The translations under genes and the position numbers were made by a program. A DNA stretch of 64,000 nucleotides from Octopus vulgaris (lineage: Eukaryota), in assembly GCA_951406725.2 (NCBI GenBank), contig OX597842.1:9300001-9364000 (forward strand), in the 5' to 3' direction. Of this stretch, positions 1 to 12,769 are shown piece after piece; positions within the stretch are counted from its first letter, which is position 1, and each line of letters starts with the position of its first letter. The notes under the pieces are model-generated. The model had not been told where the DNA came from. It saw only the letters and a program-made list of their open reading frames with translations, and made no database searches.

Positions 1-1765
1 CAGAAACAAGAAAAAATGCCACTTGTATTTGAACACTATACAAATATTCTTTTTAAAAAAACTTCTCTTTTAATTTTTCCAAAATTTAATTGTTTTCCAT
101 ACTTACAGCTGAAAAAGTCTCAATGACTGAAACCGGTACTGAAATGGTTTTTATAAAATTATTTTAGCATTTTCTACCCTTACTTTTTTACCTTTACTAC
201 CATATATACATACATATATATATATACACATAAATACAAAAAGATATTTGTGTACATAAAGATACATCTATTTATACACACACATATAACTTATGGATTG
301 AAATTTGTAACGATCCCTAAAGCTGGACATCATTGCATCATATCTAAAGATCTTGCCCTCCTTATCTAGTAAGGACTCAGTACTGTAACAGCTTAGGGCT
401 CAAGGCCCCAACTTTTCAACACTCTGCCAAACTACCTCAAAGATCTGCCAGGGGTAGATGTGGATATTTACAAAGAACATTTGGACTAGTTTTTTTTTCT
501 TACCGGAAATACCAGACGTGCCCACATTGTACCAAGAAACACAAAAAAAGAGCAATTTTGTCGAACTCGCTGCTTCACCACGAACAGTTCGGAAGTGGGA
601 GCCAGGGAATGTATGTGAAATATAAAATGCAATTACACTAACTGCGGTGCCCCAGCATGGCCGCAGCCTCCGGTCGGAACCAGCAAAAGGAAAAATAATA
701 TATCATCATCATCATCATCGTCGTCGTTTAACGTCCGTTTTCTGTGCTATGTATGTATGTATGTATGTATATATGTATGTATGTATGTATGTATATAGCC
801 TAACTTCAGAGATGGTTGGTCAGTGTATACTTGTGACTGGAAATATATCATGATTAACTTTACACAGAAAAGTCGAATAGTTTAACTGTTCTACATCTAT
901 CACACACATACATACATAAATACATTCATACATACATACATACATACATACATACATACATACATACATACATTCATTCATATATATATATATATATACA
1001 TACATACATATATACATACAAACATACATTCATACATACATATATACATACATACATATAAACATACATACATACATATATATACATACATACATATATA
1101 CATACATACATATATACATTCATACATACATACATTCATACATACGTACGTACATACCTACATACATATATACATACATACACAATCATTCATACATACA
1201 TTCATACATACATACATACATTCATACATACGTACGTACATACCTACATACATATATACATACATACACAATCATTCATACATACATTCATACATACGTA
1301 CATACATTCATTCATACATACATATATACACACATTCATGCATATATGTACACACATACATCCATACATACATTCATACATATACATACAAATATTCACC
1401 CATCCAACCATACATACATACATTCATACATATATATATATATACATACATTCATACATCCATACATACATGCACACACATACACACATACATACATACA
1501 TGCATACACATACATGCATACATGTATGCATGCATAGACAAATACGTACGTATGTGAATAGATGCATAGAGATGGGTGAATGCATCGACACCTCTTCTAA
1601 CACCCCAACTCAACAACGACCAGGATCTCCCTTAACTCCAAAAGCCTTATTACTTTGTTAGCGACTGGCTTGAACTCCCTGAAGAAAAACTTAAACTCAA
1701 AGAAAAAAACACATACACATACATAAATATACATGCATATATAAATACATACATATACAAACATA

Positions 1766-1948
1766 CTGTATTTTAACATGTCCCAGAAGCCCCTTTTTTG
1801 TCAATAATTAGGTTAAAAAATATGGGAGTTTCTTCTACATGGATAGTATTATAATCCCTTAAAAAAATCATTTTTCCCCCCAATTTTAAGCCCCCAAAAT
1901 TAGGGAGTTCCTTCTACACAAGGATTCCTTATACACTTTAAAATACAG
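1766..1948. mobile_element. Small TA-flanked MITE
   Basis: TA-CTGTATTTTAA ... TTAAAATACAG-TA inverted ends, with an internal repeated GGGAGTT..TTCTACA motif. Confidence 0.6.
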
Positions 1949-2440
1949 TACATACATACATACATATATATATTTATTAATAAAGGATCAAAAGTCCTTC
2001 CCATGACATAGACTCATGTGGCCTATTTCCCAGATTCTGTGTCACATTTATTCTTCCCCTGGATAGTACGCCAGTCTCTCTCAGGATTATTCACTTTTAC
2101 CAGCTGAATAGATTGGAGTAATGTGAAATGAAATGTTTTCCTCAAGGACCGGTGTATCACCTGGTGCATGAACTGTAACCACAATGCTGCTATCATGAGC
2201 CCAACACCCTAACCACTAAACCAAACCCCTTCATATATATATGTGTATGTAGGTGTATAAGAAAAAAGGAGACGAGGAATGAACAATTATCTTATGAACT
2301 CCATTAGCTTACAGATGTTTCTGCTATAAAATGCAATGGACTCATAGTTGTGTGCCAAAGTAACACCTTACAGTTTCATATATATACATACTCACACACA
2401 TATATATATATATATAAACATATACATACATATACATATG

Positions 2441-2482
<42 letters not shown>

Positions 2483-2544
2483 AAAAAATACAAACTGGGA
2501 CAAGAACTCAACACATTTAGAAGACGATACAAAAAACACTATAA

Positions 2545-2578
<34 letters not shown>

Positions 2579-2784
2579 CAATAGGAAAATGGAGGGGATC
2601 AATAGGTGGTTCATCAACTTTTAGACATTATTTTATGTTAACTTATTTATTTATTTACTAAAAGAACAATTACAAGAATATACATACATGTATAACATAT
2701 AAGATATAAAATATAAGATATAAAATATAGTAATATATAAGGATACCAGCAGGGTTGGATTCACAACCTCCAACTTTCTTGGAG

Positions 2785-2848
<64 letters not shown>

Positions 2849-2999
2849 TAGAGAAAAACAACTATTATGTAATTCAAACAATGATAGACGTAAATTATAC
2901 CATATAGAAAAAATATATATAATAAAACATTTATCTAGATCACAATAAAGTATATAATAATAAATAAACAGTAAATAATTAATACTCTCTAATATTATA

Positions 3000-3036
<37 letters not shown>

Positions 3037-3228
3037 AATTCTCCCATATATATATATATATAAACATACCAAAGTAAGCATATATATGTGAAACAAGGTG
3101 GGGAAAAATAGTACTCAGACACCAGAGGTGGAGTAATATGCTTCATTGATATTAAAACTGCAAAAACATCACAAAAATATCACAAAAAAACTGCTACTTA
3201 GTGTCAGATTTCCGTTCATCGGACAGTT

Positions 3229-3271
<43 letters not shown>

Positions 3272-3424
3272 CATATATATACATATATATACATATGTAT
3301 GTATATACATATACATATAAATATGTAAATACACAGATACATTCACACATACATACACGCACATAGAATTTCATGCAATTTCACTGATAAAACCACAGAC
3401 CCTATTTATGACCAACAAGTGACA

Positions 3425-4058
3425 ATGTATCTCAAACACTACCTAAAACGTTGTTTCCACATGGTCTCGCCAATCACTTGGCTGTGGTCAATATTGTCTG
3501 TGGTGGTGGCCACCATCTGTACATCCAGCCTTTTCCAGCCGTTCTGGTTCCTAAACCCTGATTTTACTCACTCGTTCGGAATGTTGGCCTACTGTCATTT
3601 AGATCAAACTACAAATTCAGATGATCTGCAGCAAATTCCACAATGTGCCTCTCCTGGACACCATGTGTCTTCTACTGTTCCCAGGACCCTTACTATCCCT
3701 GTGACCTCTGCTTCACCTGGAACCCCTTCGTCGCCAACTGTCTCCAAATCCTTTGCTCATCCTGGGACTTCTGTTACTCCTGGGACTTCTGTTACTCCTG
3801 GGATTTCTGTTACTCCTGGACATCCTGTGGCACTTGTAGCCCACTCCGTTCACTCCATGCCAGTGTGTCATAACTACGGTGGCGCAATGTTACTGGGTAA
3901 GTTACCTACCCTTTCCTGGCAGGTTGCTGCAGTGCTGTATGGATCAGGTTGTTTCTTGACAGTCACGAGTTCAATCCTCACCTTGCTTGCTCTGATCGTG
4001 CCCTTTGCTCTTGAACAGAAAATCGCCCGGATCTGTGGATTGTTACAATCATTAGCAG
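3425..4058 (+). CDS. LHFPL7: LHFPL-family tetraspan protein (LHFPL7/TMEM211-like), coding exon 1
   Basis: ATG at 3425. TM1 (WLWSILSVVVATICTSSLFQPFW) is followed by SFGMLAYC, LPTLSWQVAAVLYGSG and ICGLLQSLA, matching LHFPL family motifs. Donor GCAG|GTAAGT at 4058/4059, phase 1. The ORF beyond 4058 is intronic read-through. Confidence 0.85.
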
Positions 4059-4139
4059 GTAAGTTCACATTACATCTATCACTCTTTTTCTTTATACATC
4101 AAACCTCCATTAAATATGTATATATATCTCTACATTTTG

Positions 4140-4348
4140 TGAGCGTGTGTGTACCGTTGGCAATTTTTTTCCTCCGTCTTCCCTTCTCTGGATCTTTCCT
4201 TTTCCTATGTTTCTGACGAAGAGCTCCGCTCGAAACATAAAACCCTCCTTCTTCCCTTCTTTCCTGAGCGTCCAATAACACTATACTTGTTCCACGTCCT
4301 CGTGTTGTTGTGTTTTCTCTTTGTGTTTTCATGTTTGGATTAACTTTA
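4140..4348 (+). mobile_element. Short Penelope-like/retrozyme-like element with minimal hammerhead motif
   Basis: GTTT-CTGACGA-A-GAGC/GCTC-GAAAC-ATA-AAAC at 4209-4243. Related copy inverted at ~63436-63632. Abuts (TA)n. Confidence 0.6.
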
Positions 4349-4535
4349 TATATATATATATAACACCAAGTAAGTTAGGGGTTGTGGATCCAACCCACTA
4401 AGGGATAATACTTATCCAATATACTGTTGGTATAATACCCAAATTATTAACACACAAGTGTTTTTAATTGCAATGCAATAAACTTACTTATTGTATTAAA
4501 TGGGTGAAGGTAAAGAAATATTTTACCATTAATTT

Positions 4536-4666
4536 ATATTACAAAAAAGAAAATGGAGAAACACATTAGTTGGTTTATCAACTTTCAGATATTAGAAGTC
4601 AACATTCTAATATCCTAAAGTTGATAAACCAACTAATGTGTTTCTCCATTTTCTTATTTGTAATAT
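4536..4666. repeat. Near-perfect hairpin (~60-bp arms, 7-nt loop)
   Basis: AAGAAAATGGAGAAACACATTAGTTGGTTTATCAACTTT ... AAAGTTGATAAACCAACTAATGTGTTTCTCCATTTTCTT. Confidence 0.9.
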
Positions 4667-5038
4667 ATATATATTTATATATATATATATATATATATAT
4701 AATACAAAGTAAGATAGGTTATGGGTGTAACCCACTATGGGATATCATTTATCCAATATATATTCTGATTCGTAAAATGAATAAATAATCTAACATTGTA
4801 ATATCCGTAAGTTGATGAACCAACTAAATTTGTTTCTCCATTTTCTTATTTGTATTTATATATATATTTATATATATATATATATATATATGTGTATATG
4901 TATATATATATGCATATATATATTTATATATGCCTATATATACTCACACACAAGCACAAAAAAACATATACATGTATCTATAAGTGTGTATATAAATATA
5001 TAAATATATACTTGTGTATCTGTGTGTGTATGTATGTG

Positions 5039-5082
<44 letters not shown>

Positions 5083-5156
5083 CATAATATAATGTCTAAA
5101 AGTTGATGAATACCACCTCTAGATCCCCTCCATTTTCTTATTGCTCTCTCGCTCTC

Positions 5157-5195
<39 letters not shown>

Positions 5196-5834
5196 GTCTC
5201 TCTCTCTCTATATATATATCTGTGTGTGTATGATTGTGTATATAAATGCACATATCTATAGCTATATTTATATATTGATATATATGTGTGTATGTATATA
5301 TATATATATATATATAACAACGATAAATGTTGCCCTTTTCAAGCCTAGCCAGGCTCATGGGCCCGGTTTCCCAGTTTCTGTGGCATATGTGTTTCCCCGC
5401 AGCTGGACGGGACGCCAGTCCATCGCAGCATTGCTCAAGAAACAGGAAGAGAGAGTGAGAGAAATTTGGGGTGAAAGAGTACAACAGGGGTTGTCACCAC
5501 CCACTGCCGGAGCCTCGTGGAGCTTTAAGGTGTTTTTGCTCAATAAACACACATAATACCCGGTCTGGGATTCAAATCCGCGATCCTCCAACTGCGAGTC
5601 CGCTACCCTACCCGCTGGGCCATTGCGCCTCCACACACACACACACATATATATATAGGTTCAGGCATGATTATGTGGTAAGAAGCTTGCTTCGCAACCA
5701 CATGGTTCCAGGCTCAGTGTTACTACTGCACGGCACCTTGGGCAAGTATTTTCTGCTATAGCCTCAGTCCAACCAAATCCTTGTAAGTAGATTTGGTAGG
5801 TGGAAACTAAAAGAAGCCTGTCGCATATATATAT

Positions 5835-6244
5835 AGGCGCAGGAGTGGCTGTGTGGTAAGTAGCTTGTTTACCAACCACATGGTTCTGGGTTCAGTCCCA
5901 CTGTGTGGCACCTTGGGCAAGTGTCTTCTACTATAGCCTCGGGCCAACCAAAGCCTTGTGAGTGGATTTGGTAGACAGAAACTGAAAGAAGCCCGTCGTA
6001 TATATGTATATATGTATATATATATGTATGTGTGTGTATGTTTGTGTGTCTGTGTTTGTCCCCCTAGCATTGCTTGACAACCGATGCTTGTGTGTTTATG
6101 TCCCTGTCACTTAGCAGTTTGGCAAAAGAGACTGATAGAATAAGTACTGGGCTTACAAAGAATAAGTCCCGGGGTCGAGTTGCTCGATTAAAGGCGATGC
6201 TCCAGCACGGCCGCAGTCAAAAGGACTGAAACAAGTAAAAAGAG
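5835..6244 (+). mobile_element. tRNA-headed SINE family A (~400 bp), representative copy
   Basis: Head AGGCGCAGGAGTGGCTGTGTGG (A box) and GGTTCAGTCCC (B box), a central (TA)/(TG) tract and tail ACTGAAACAAGTAAAAGAG. Over 20 full or partial copies. Plus strand: 6942-7352, 27030-27421, 28400-28732, 29590-30008, 31637-32063, 34401-34563, 34573-34983, 38962-39372, 43028-43462, 44640-44972, 44988-45436, 58803-58948. Confidence 0.9.
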
Positions 6245-6284
6245 AAAAAGAGAAAGAGAATATATATATACATATATAAACATA

Positions 6285-6473
6285 TAGGGATAGTTTACGA
6301 AAAAAACAAAATATGAAGACAGGAGGTGTACAAAACAAACAGATGTATTAGTATAACGCTCAGGAATAAAAAAGTCTTTTACGTTTCAAGCCTATGCTCT
6401 TCTACAGAAAGAGACACAGAAAATACAAGGAGAGAAAAAAAAATGTGTAGTGGTTACCGATCTATCATGGCGA
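6285..6473 (-). mobile_element. Second short Penelope-like element family with hammerhead-like motif
   Basis: TCTTT-CTGTAGA-A-GAGC/GCTT-GAAAC-GTA-AAAGA (6375-6412, minus strand). Near-identical copy at 61188-61377. Both sit between (TA)n tracts. Confidence 0.6.
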
Positions 6474-7351
6474 TATATATATATATATGTATGTATAAAT
6501 AAATGAACTATAAGGAAAGGAAAAACTGGAGGTGTAGACGAACTTTAATTCGTAATCCAGGTTAGTACAGAACTAATGTACAATTCTACAAAGGCAAAAC
6601 GAAAATCTCTTTGTATATTTTTGTTGGTCATAATTATTCATACCAATATGTAATTCCTGAAGAAGAATCTAATTTGTATTTCATGAATAGTTTATCATTT
6701 TTGTCTTTGGAATTAATTAGACTCCAAACCAATTTGTAGAATGTATATTGATTCTGTACCAACTTGGATTATGAATTAAAATTCATCTACACTTACAACT
6801 TTTTTCTTTTCCTTATATTTCATTTACTGTTTTTGCAATTACTGAATCTATATTTTTTATATATATCCTTTTCTTGGACTGTACCGGCAGAGTTGGATGT
6901 TTGATATCCTTTTGAAGGATATCAGTCTTCACTTCTCATATAGGCGTAGGAGTGGCTGTGTGATAAGTAGCTTGCTTACTTACCACATGGTTCTGGGTTC
7001 AGTCCCACCGTGTGGCACCTTGGGCAAGTGTTTTTTACTATAGCCTCGGGCTGGCCAAAGCCTTGTGAGTGGATTTGGTAGATGGAAACTAAAAGAAGCC
7101 TGTCGTATATATGTGTGTGTACATATATATATGTGTGTGTGTGTATATGTTTGTGTGTCTGTGTTTGTCTCCCCTACATCACTTGACAACCGATGCTGGT
7201 GTGTTTACGTCCCCGTAACTTAGCGGTTCAGCAAAAGAGACTGATAGAATAAGCACTAAGCTTACAAAGAATAAGTCCTGGGGTCGATTTGCTTGACTAA
7301 AGGTGATGCTCCAGCATGGCCACAGTCAAATGACTGAAACAAGTAAACGAG

Positions 7352-7410
<59 letters not shown>

Positions 7411-7723
7411 GTATGCGTATATATATACAGATATACATACAGATGTATATATACACGTATGTGTGTGTATGTATGTATGTATGTATGTATATGTGTGTGT
7501 GTATGTGTACATCTTTGTGTATGTTTTTATTTCCCACCACTATTTAACAACCGGTGTGTGTTTACTCCCATGACTTAGTAGTTCAACAAAAGAGACTGAT
7601 AGAATACGTACCAAACAAGCAAAAGAAGTATTGGGGTTGATTCGTTCAACTAAAATTATTTATGGCAGTGCTCCAGCATGGTCACAGCCTAAGAACAGAA
7701 ACAAAATAAAAGATGAAAGAGAT

Positions 7724-8127
7724 ACTCTTTTACTTGTTTCAGTCATTTGACTGCGGCCAAGCTGGAGCACCGCCTTTAGTCGAGCAAATCAACCCCGGGA
7801 CTTATTCTTTGTAATAAGCCTAGTAATTATTCTATCGGTATCCTTTGCCAAACCGCTAAGTGACAGGGATGTAAACACACCAGCATCGGTTGTCAAGCAA
7901 TGCTAGGGGGACAAACACAGACACACAAACACACACACATACACATATATATACATATATACACACAGGCTTCTTTCAGTTTCCATCTACCAAATCCACT
8001 CACAAAGCCTTGGTTGGCCTGAGGCTATAGTAGAAAACACTTGTCCAAGATGCCACGCAGTGGGACTGAACCCGGAACCATGTGGTTGGTTAGCAAGCTA
8101 CTTACCACACAGCCACTCCTGCGCCTA
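7724..8127 (-). mobile_element. SINE family A, representative minus-strand copy
   Basis: Reverse complement of the 5835 copy. Other minus-strand copies at ~19075-19330, 20055-20221, 21826-22204, 25690-26057, 35354-35773, 41733-42163, 49067-49551, 56436-56832. Confidence 0.9.
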
Positions 8128-8379
8128 TATGTAGATATATTATTATTCTAAATTTGATTGATGTTTTTCTGTCCATTACATTTTTATGTTCATTAAATCC
8201 TCCTAGACCATTGGTGCAAGGACAACGAAACTCAAACCAGTAACTCCCCTAATCGCAGGAAATGTCCTTATAGGGTCTATTTTTTTTAAGGGCCATCTAA
8301 TTGGGGCCCCACATTTTAAACTAAATACTTGGCATTGGCGACTAAATCAGAGCAATGACAAGGAATTTCATACCATGAA

Positions 8380-8968
8380 ATGACAAAAGATCAAAACCTC
8401 TGAGATCTGCTGTGATTGTGAAGACCCTACAAATGAAGTGAGCTCACGGCTAACAGGACAGCCTGCTGTGCCAACCTTGGATCGTAGAGTGACCCGCTGT
8501 TCTTGAGGAGACCTATTGAGTCAAGTACGCCAACATCAACATCAAAATAAAAATCAAATGGAAATTGTAGTTGTGATACCCAGGGCCGTGGCAAGTAAAA
8601 AGCACCGTCCGAACATAGTTGTTGCCAGCGCCACCTGACTGGCATCCGTGTCAGTGACACGTAAAAAGGACCAACAGATCATGGCCGTTTGCCAGTCTCC
8701 TCTGGCCCCCTGTGCCGGTGGCATGTAAAAAGCACCATCCGATCGTGGCCGTTTGCCAGCCTCATCTGGCACCTGTGCCAGTGGCACGTAAAAAGCACCC
8801 ACTACACTCTCAGAATGGTTGGCATTAGGAAGGGCATCCAGCCGTAGAAACACTGCCAGATCAGACTGTAGCCTGGTGCAGCCTTCTGGCTTCCCAGACC
8901 CCAATCGAACCATCCAACCCATGCCAGCATGGAAAGCGGACAATAAACGATGATGATGATGATGATGA
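8380..8968 (+). mobile_element. 5'-truncated copy of the same RTE 3' end
   Basis: Shares the AAAAGCACC subrepeats, GGAAGGGCATCCAGC and a (GAT)n tail. Further copies at ~12062-12773 (+), 57400-57742 (-), 58283-58715 (-), 59860-60120 (-), 61710-62110 (-). Confidence 0.8.
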
Positions 8969-9191
8969 ACTCCCAGGGAGTATCGTAAGGAGGTTCAATT
9001 TCTGAAGGGCTGCTTAAATGGGGCCCCACTGACCCCACTATTTTTACTGCATTTACTTCGCTCCTATGCTTATTGATTAAATTATGATCAGCATCAGTGC
9101 TTGGCACATAAAGATAAAGAGTTATGATAGGTATGTTTCAGGTGTGGTAGTGTGGATATTTAGATTTTGTAGTTTATGAAACTTATGTCTA

Positions 9192-9232
<41 letters not shown>

Positions 9233-9240
9233 TATACATA

Positions 9241-9320
<80 letters not shown>

Positions 9321-9439
9321 TGTATGTATGTATGTATGTATGTATGTATGTATGTATGTGTATATAGATAATGGTTTCAGGCAAAGGACACTTATGAAAG
9401 AGTAATAGCAAAATTAAAAAATGTGACCATCCCCAAATA

Positions 9440-9515
<76 letters not shown>

Positions 9516-9551
9516 TGTATGTATGTATGTGTGTGTGTGTGTGTGTGTGTG

Positions 9552-9846
9552 TGGGGAGGCGCAGTGGTTAGGGCAGCGGACTCGCAGTCGCAGGATCGCG
9601 GTTTCGATTCCCAGATCGGGCGTTATGAGTATTTATTCACCGAAAACACCTAAAAGCTCCACGAGGCTCTGGCAGGGGGGTGGTGATCCCTGCTATACTC
9701 TTTCACCACTCTTTCTCTCTCTCTTCTGTTGGCCTGCTTGCTTAGCCAGCGGGGTGGCGTCATTCGAAGGCTAAAACAATGCGAACGCATTGTGACCAGC
9801 GATGTGTAATAACATCTGATGGTCTGATCGGTCATGTGATCACGTG
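9552..9846 (+). mobile_element. tRNA-headed SINE family B (variable bodies/tails)
   Basis: GGAGGCGCAGTGGTTAG...GGTTTCGATTCC Pol III boxes. Related heads at 5328-5633 (-), 12386-12726, 12995-13222, 17169-17575 (dimer with TATAAACAGT TSD) and 39845-40153 (-). Confidence 0.75.
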
Positions 9847-9978
9847 ATATATATATATATATACAGTTTATTTAAAAGCAGCAGAAATATAACAAAAGCC
9901 ATTACTCAGAGTTTCACATTCCCGTTTATTTGTGAATAAAGGCTACCACTAACATGAAACCAATGGTAGCCTTAATTC

Positions 9979-10031
<53 letters not shown>

Positions 10032-10223
10032 TTCATCTAATTGTATATATCTGTCGTTACCTTTCATAAAAAGCCTTTACTATTTTTTATCTCCAATGTG
10101 AATTTTCGCTTATTTTTCTTACTTTCCTCTTACATTTACACGTGTAGTTTCTATTTTCTTTTTGTAACATATTTCTATTATATATATATATATATATACA
10201 TACACACACACATATATACACAT

Positions 10224-10345
<122 letters not shown>

Positions 10346-10410
10346 ATAGATAGGCAGACAGATAGACAGACAGATTGATAGATAGATAAATAGATATATA
10401 GATAAATAGA

Positions 10411-10442
<32 letters not shown>

Positions 10443-10463
10443 TAGATAGATAGATATATAGAG

Positions 10464-10512
<49 letters not shown>

Positions 10513-10929
10513 TGTATGTGTATGAATAGGTACATGTGTGTATATATATGTGTGTGTATGTGTGTATATGCATATGTGTGAGTAAGTTCATTGGTTTTGA
10601 ATCTCAGCGGGCAACAGAAAATGGTGAGTATGCTGGGAAGGGCATTGCTTCCATTTACAATATTGACCACTCCAAAATATTCCATTCCTTTATGCTTGAT
10701 GGACTTAATTCTCCTTCCCACTCCATTCTCAGTTACTAATTACTATTTGTCTTATCTTTATTCTTATCTTCATCTTTATTTCCTTTACTTATCTATTATA
10801 TCTTTGTTTTTGCTATCTAAGCAACCAGGAAAACACATTTCTCATTTTGAAAATGGCTTTTTAAAACTTGAAATTCATATCAGAGTCACCATTGTAAAAA
10901 AAAAAATACTTCTCTGCTAATTTTTTCAA

Positions 10930-10966
<37 letters not shown>

Positions 10967-11021
10967 TATATATACATACATACATATGTATGTGTGTATA
11001 TAAATATATATATAGAGAGAG

Positions 11022-11071
<50 letters not shown>

Positions 11072-11191
11072 AACTTACTTGGAAGAAGTTGCATGGCATT
11101 CAATCATATAATAATATAAATAATATATATATATATATACGTTTATATATTTGTTTTATGTATAATCGTGTGTTGAAACAGATGTTGTTAT

Positions 11192-11662
11192 ATTTCGGAA
11201 TGGTCATTTTGCCAGCTTAGCCAATAAAAACACACGCACTATATATTTGGTGTTACTTTGCTTCAACGTTATTTATTTTTTACATTAATCTTAATCTTAT
11301 TTCGGCCAGAGTTCTTTCGTCACACTCCTGTGACCTCATCAGTGGTCCTTTGCTTTCTTCTTTCTTATTTGTGTGTCTCTCCTTACAAACCTTCAGCCAT
11401 ATTGTATTTCTATTGTATGTGTCTTCATTTGCGCATGCTTATATCTCTATGTGCATCAATGTTTATTTAGTGTGTGTATGTGGGGGGATGCCTGTAATAT
11501 TTGTATCTTCTGTTTATATACGTTCATGTAATTTGTTTTTGTTGTTGTTTTTGTTTATTCTTATTTTGTTCATGTGTTTACATCCCTTTATTATTATCAT
11601 TATTTTTATTATTATTATTATTATCATTATAATTATTATGTATGTATAATAATAATGATGAA

Positions 11663-11699
<37 letters not shown>

Positions 11700-12021
11700 G
11701 TATATAGTTATTTACTTCCATTTGTTTATTTATCTGTGTATTTTATTTTATTATGCTTTTAGTTTTGTTTATATTGTATGAAGACGCATACAATAGTAAT
11801 ACAAAATACAAAATGGCTGACTGTTAGTAAGGAGAGACACACAAATAAGAAAGAAGAAAGCAAAGGACCACTGATGAGGTCACAGGAGTGTGACGAAAGA
11901 ACTCTGGCCGAAATAAGATTAAGATTAATGTAAAAAATGAATAACGCTGAAGCAAAGTAACACCAAATATACAGTGCGTGTGTTTTTATTGGCTAAATTG
12001 GCAAAATGACCATTCTGAAAT
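11192..12021. repeat. Long inverted repeat (~240-bp arms)
   Basis: 11192-11428 is the reverse complement of 11778-12021 with few mismatches. Confidence 0.9.
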
Positions 12022-12769
12022 GCCCCTCCCCTTCACATCTTCACCATCTTCCTCCTCTCTCAATGCCAGTGTCACGTAACTGGCACTTGTGCCAGTGGCA
12101 TGTAAATAGCATCTTTCAGTAGTTGGGCCTCATGGTGGAAGTGACAAGGGACCAAGACCTGTGGCAATATACTGTGCTTGAGAAGATCTGTCAAACCAAG
12201 TGAGATCATGGTCATGGCTGTTGCCAGTGTTACATAACTGGTACCCATGCCGGTGGCATGTAAAAGCACCCACTACACTCTTGGAGTGGTTGGCATTAGG
12301 AAGGGCATCCAGCTGGAGAAACACTGCCAAATCAGTTCGAAACTTGATGCAGCTCCCCAACTCATCAGTTTTCAGTCGAGCCATTGTGAAGGTGCATGGT
12401 TCAGTGGTTAGAACGTCAAGCTTACGATCGTGAGGTTGTGAGTTCAATTCCCGGACCGGGCTGCATGTTGTGTTCTTGAGCAAGACACTTTATTTCACGT
12501 TGCTCCAGTTCACTCAGCTGTAGAAATGAGTTGTGACATCACAGGTGCCAAGCTGTATCGGCCTTTGCCTTTCCCTGGGATAACATTGGTGATGTGGAGA
12601 GGGGAGGCTGGTATGCATGGGCGACTGCTGGTCTTCCATAAAAACAAACTTGCCCGGACTTGTGCCTGGGAGGGTAAATTTCTAAGGTGCAATCCCATGG
12701 TCTGTGTCGTAACCGAAGGGGGTCTCAGCAGTCAAGCCATCCAACCCATGCCAGCATGGAAAACAGATG

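Noticed and set aside
4059-4216. C-terminal part of ORF 3419-4216
   Set aside because: Intron read-through past a consensus donor. The missing TM3/TM4 are supplied by the exon at 21405.
9552-9620. tRNA-like sequences at SINE heads
   Set aside because: No complete cloverleaf or Pol III terminator. They continue into SINE bodies.
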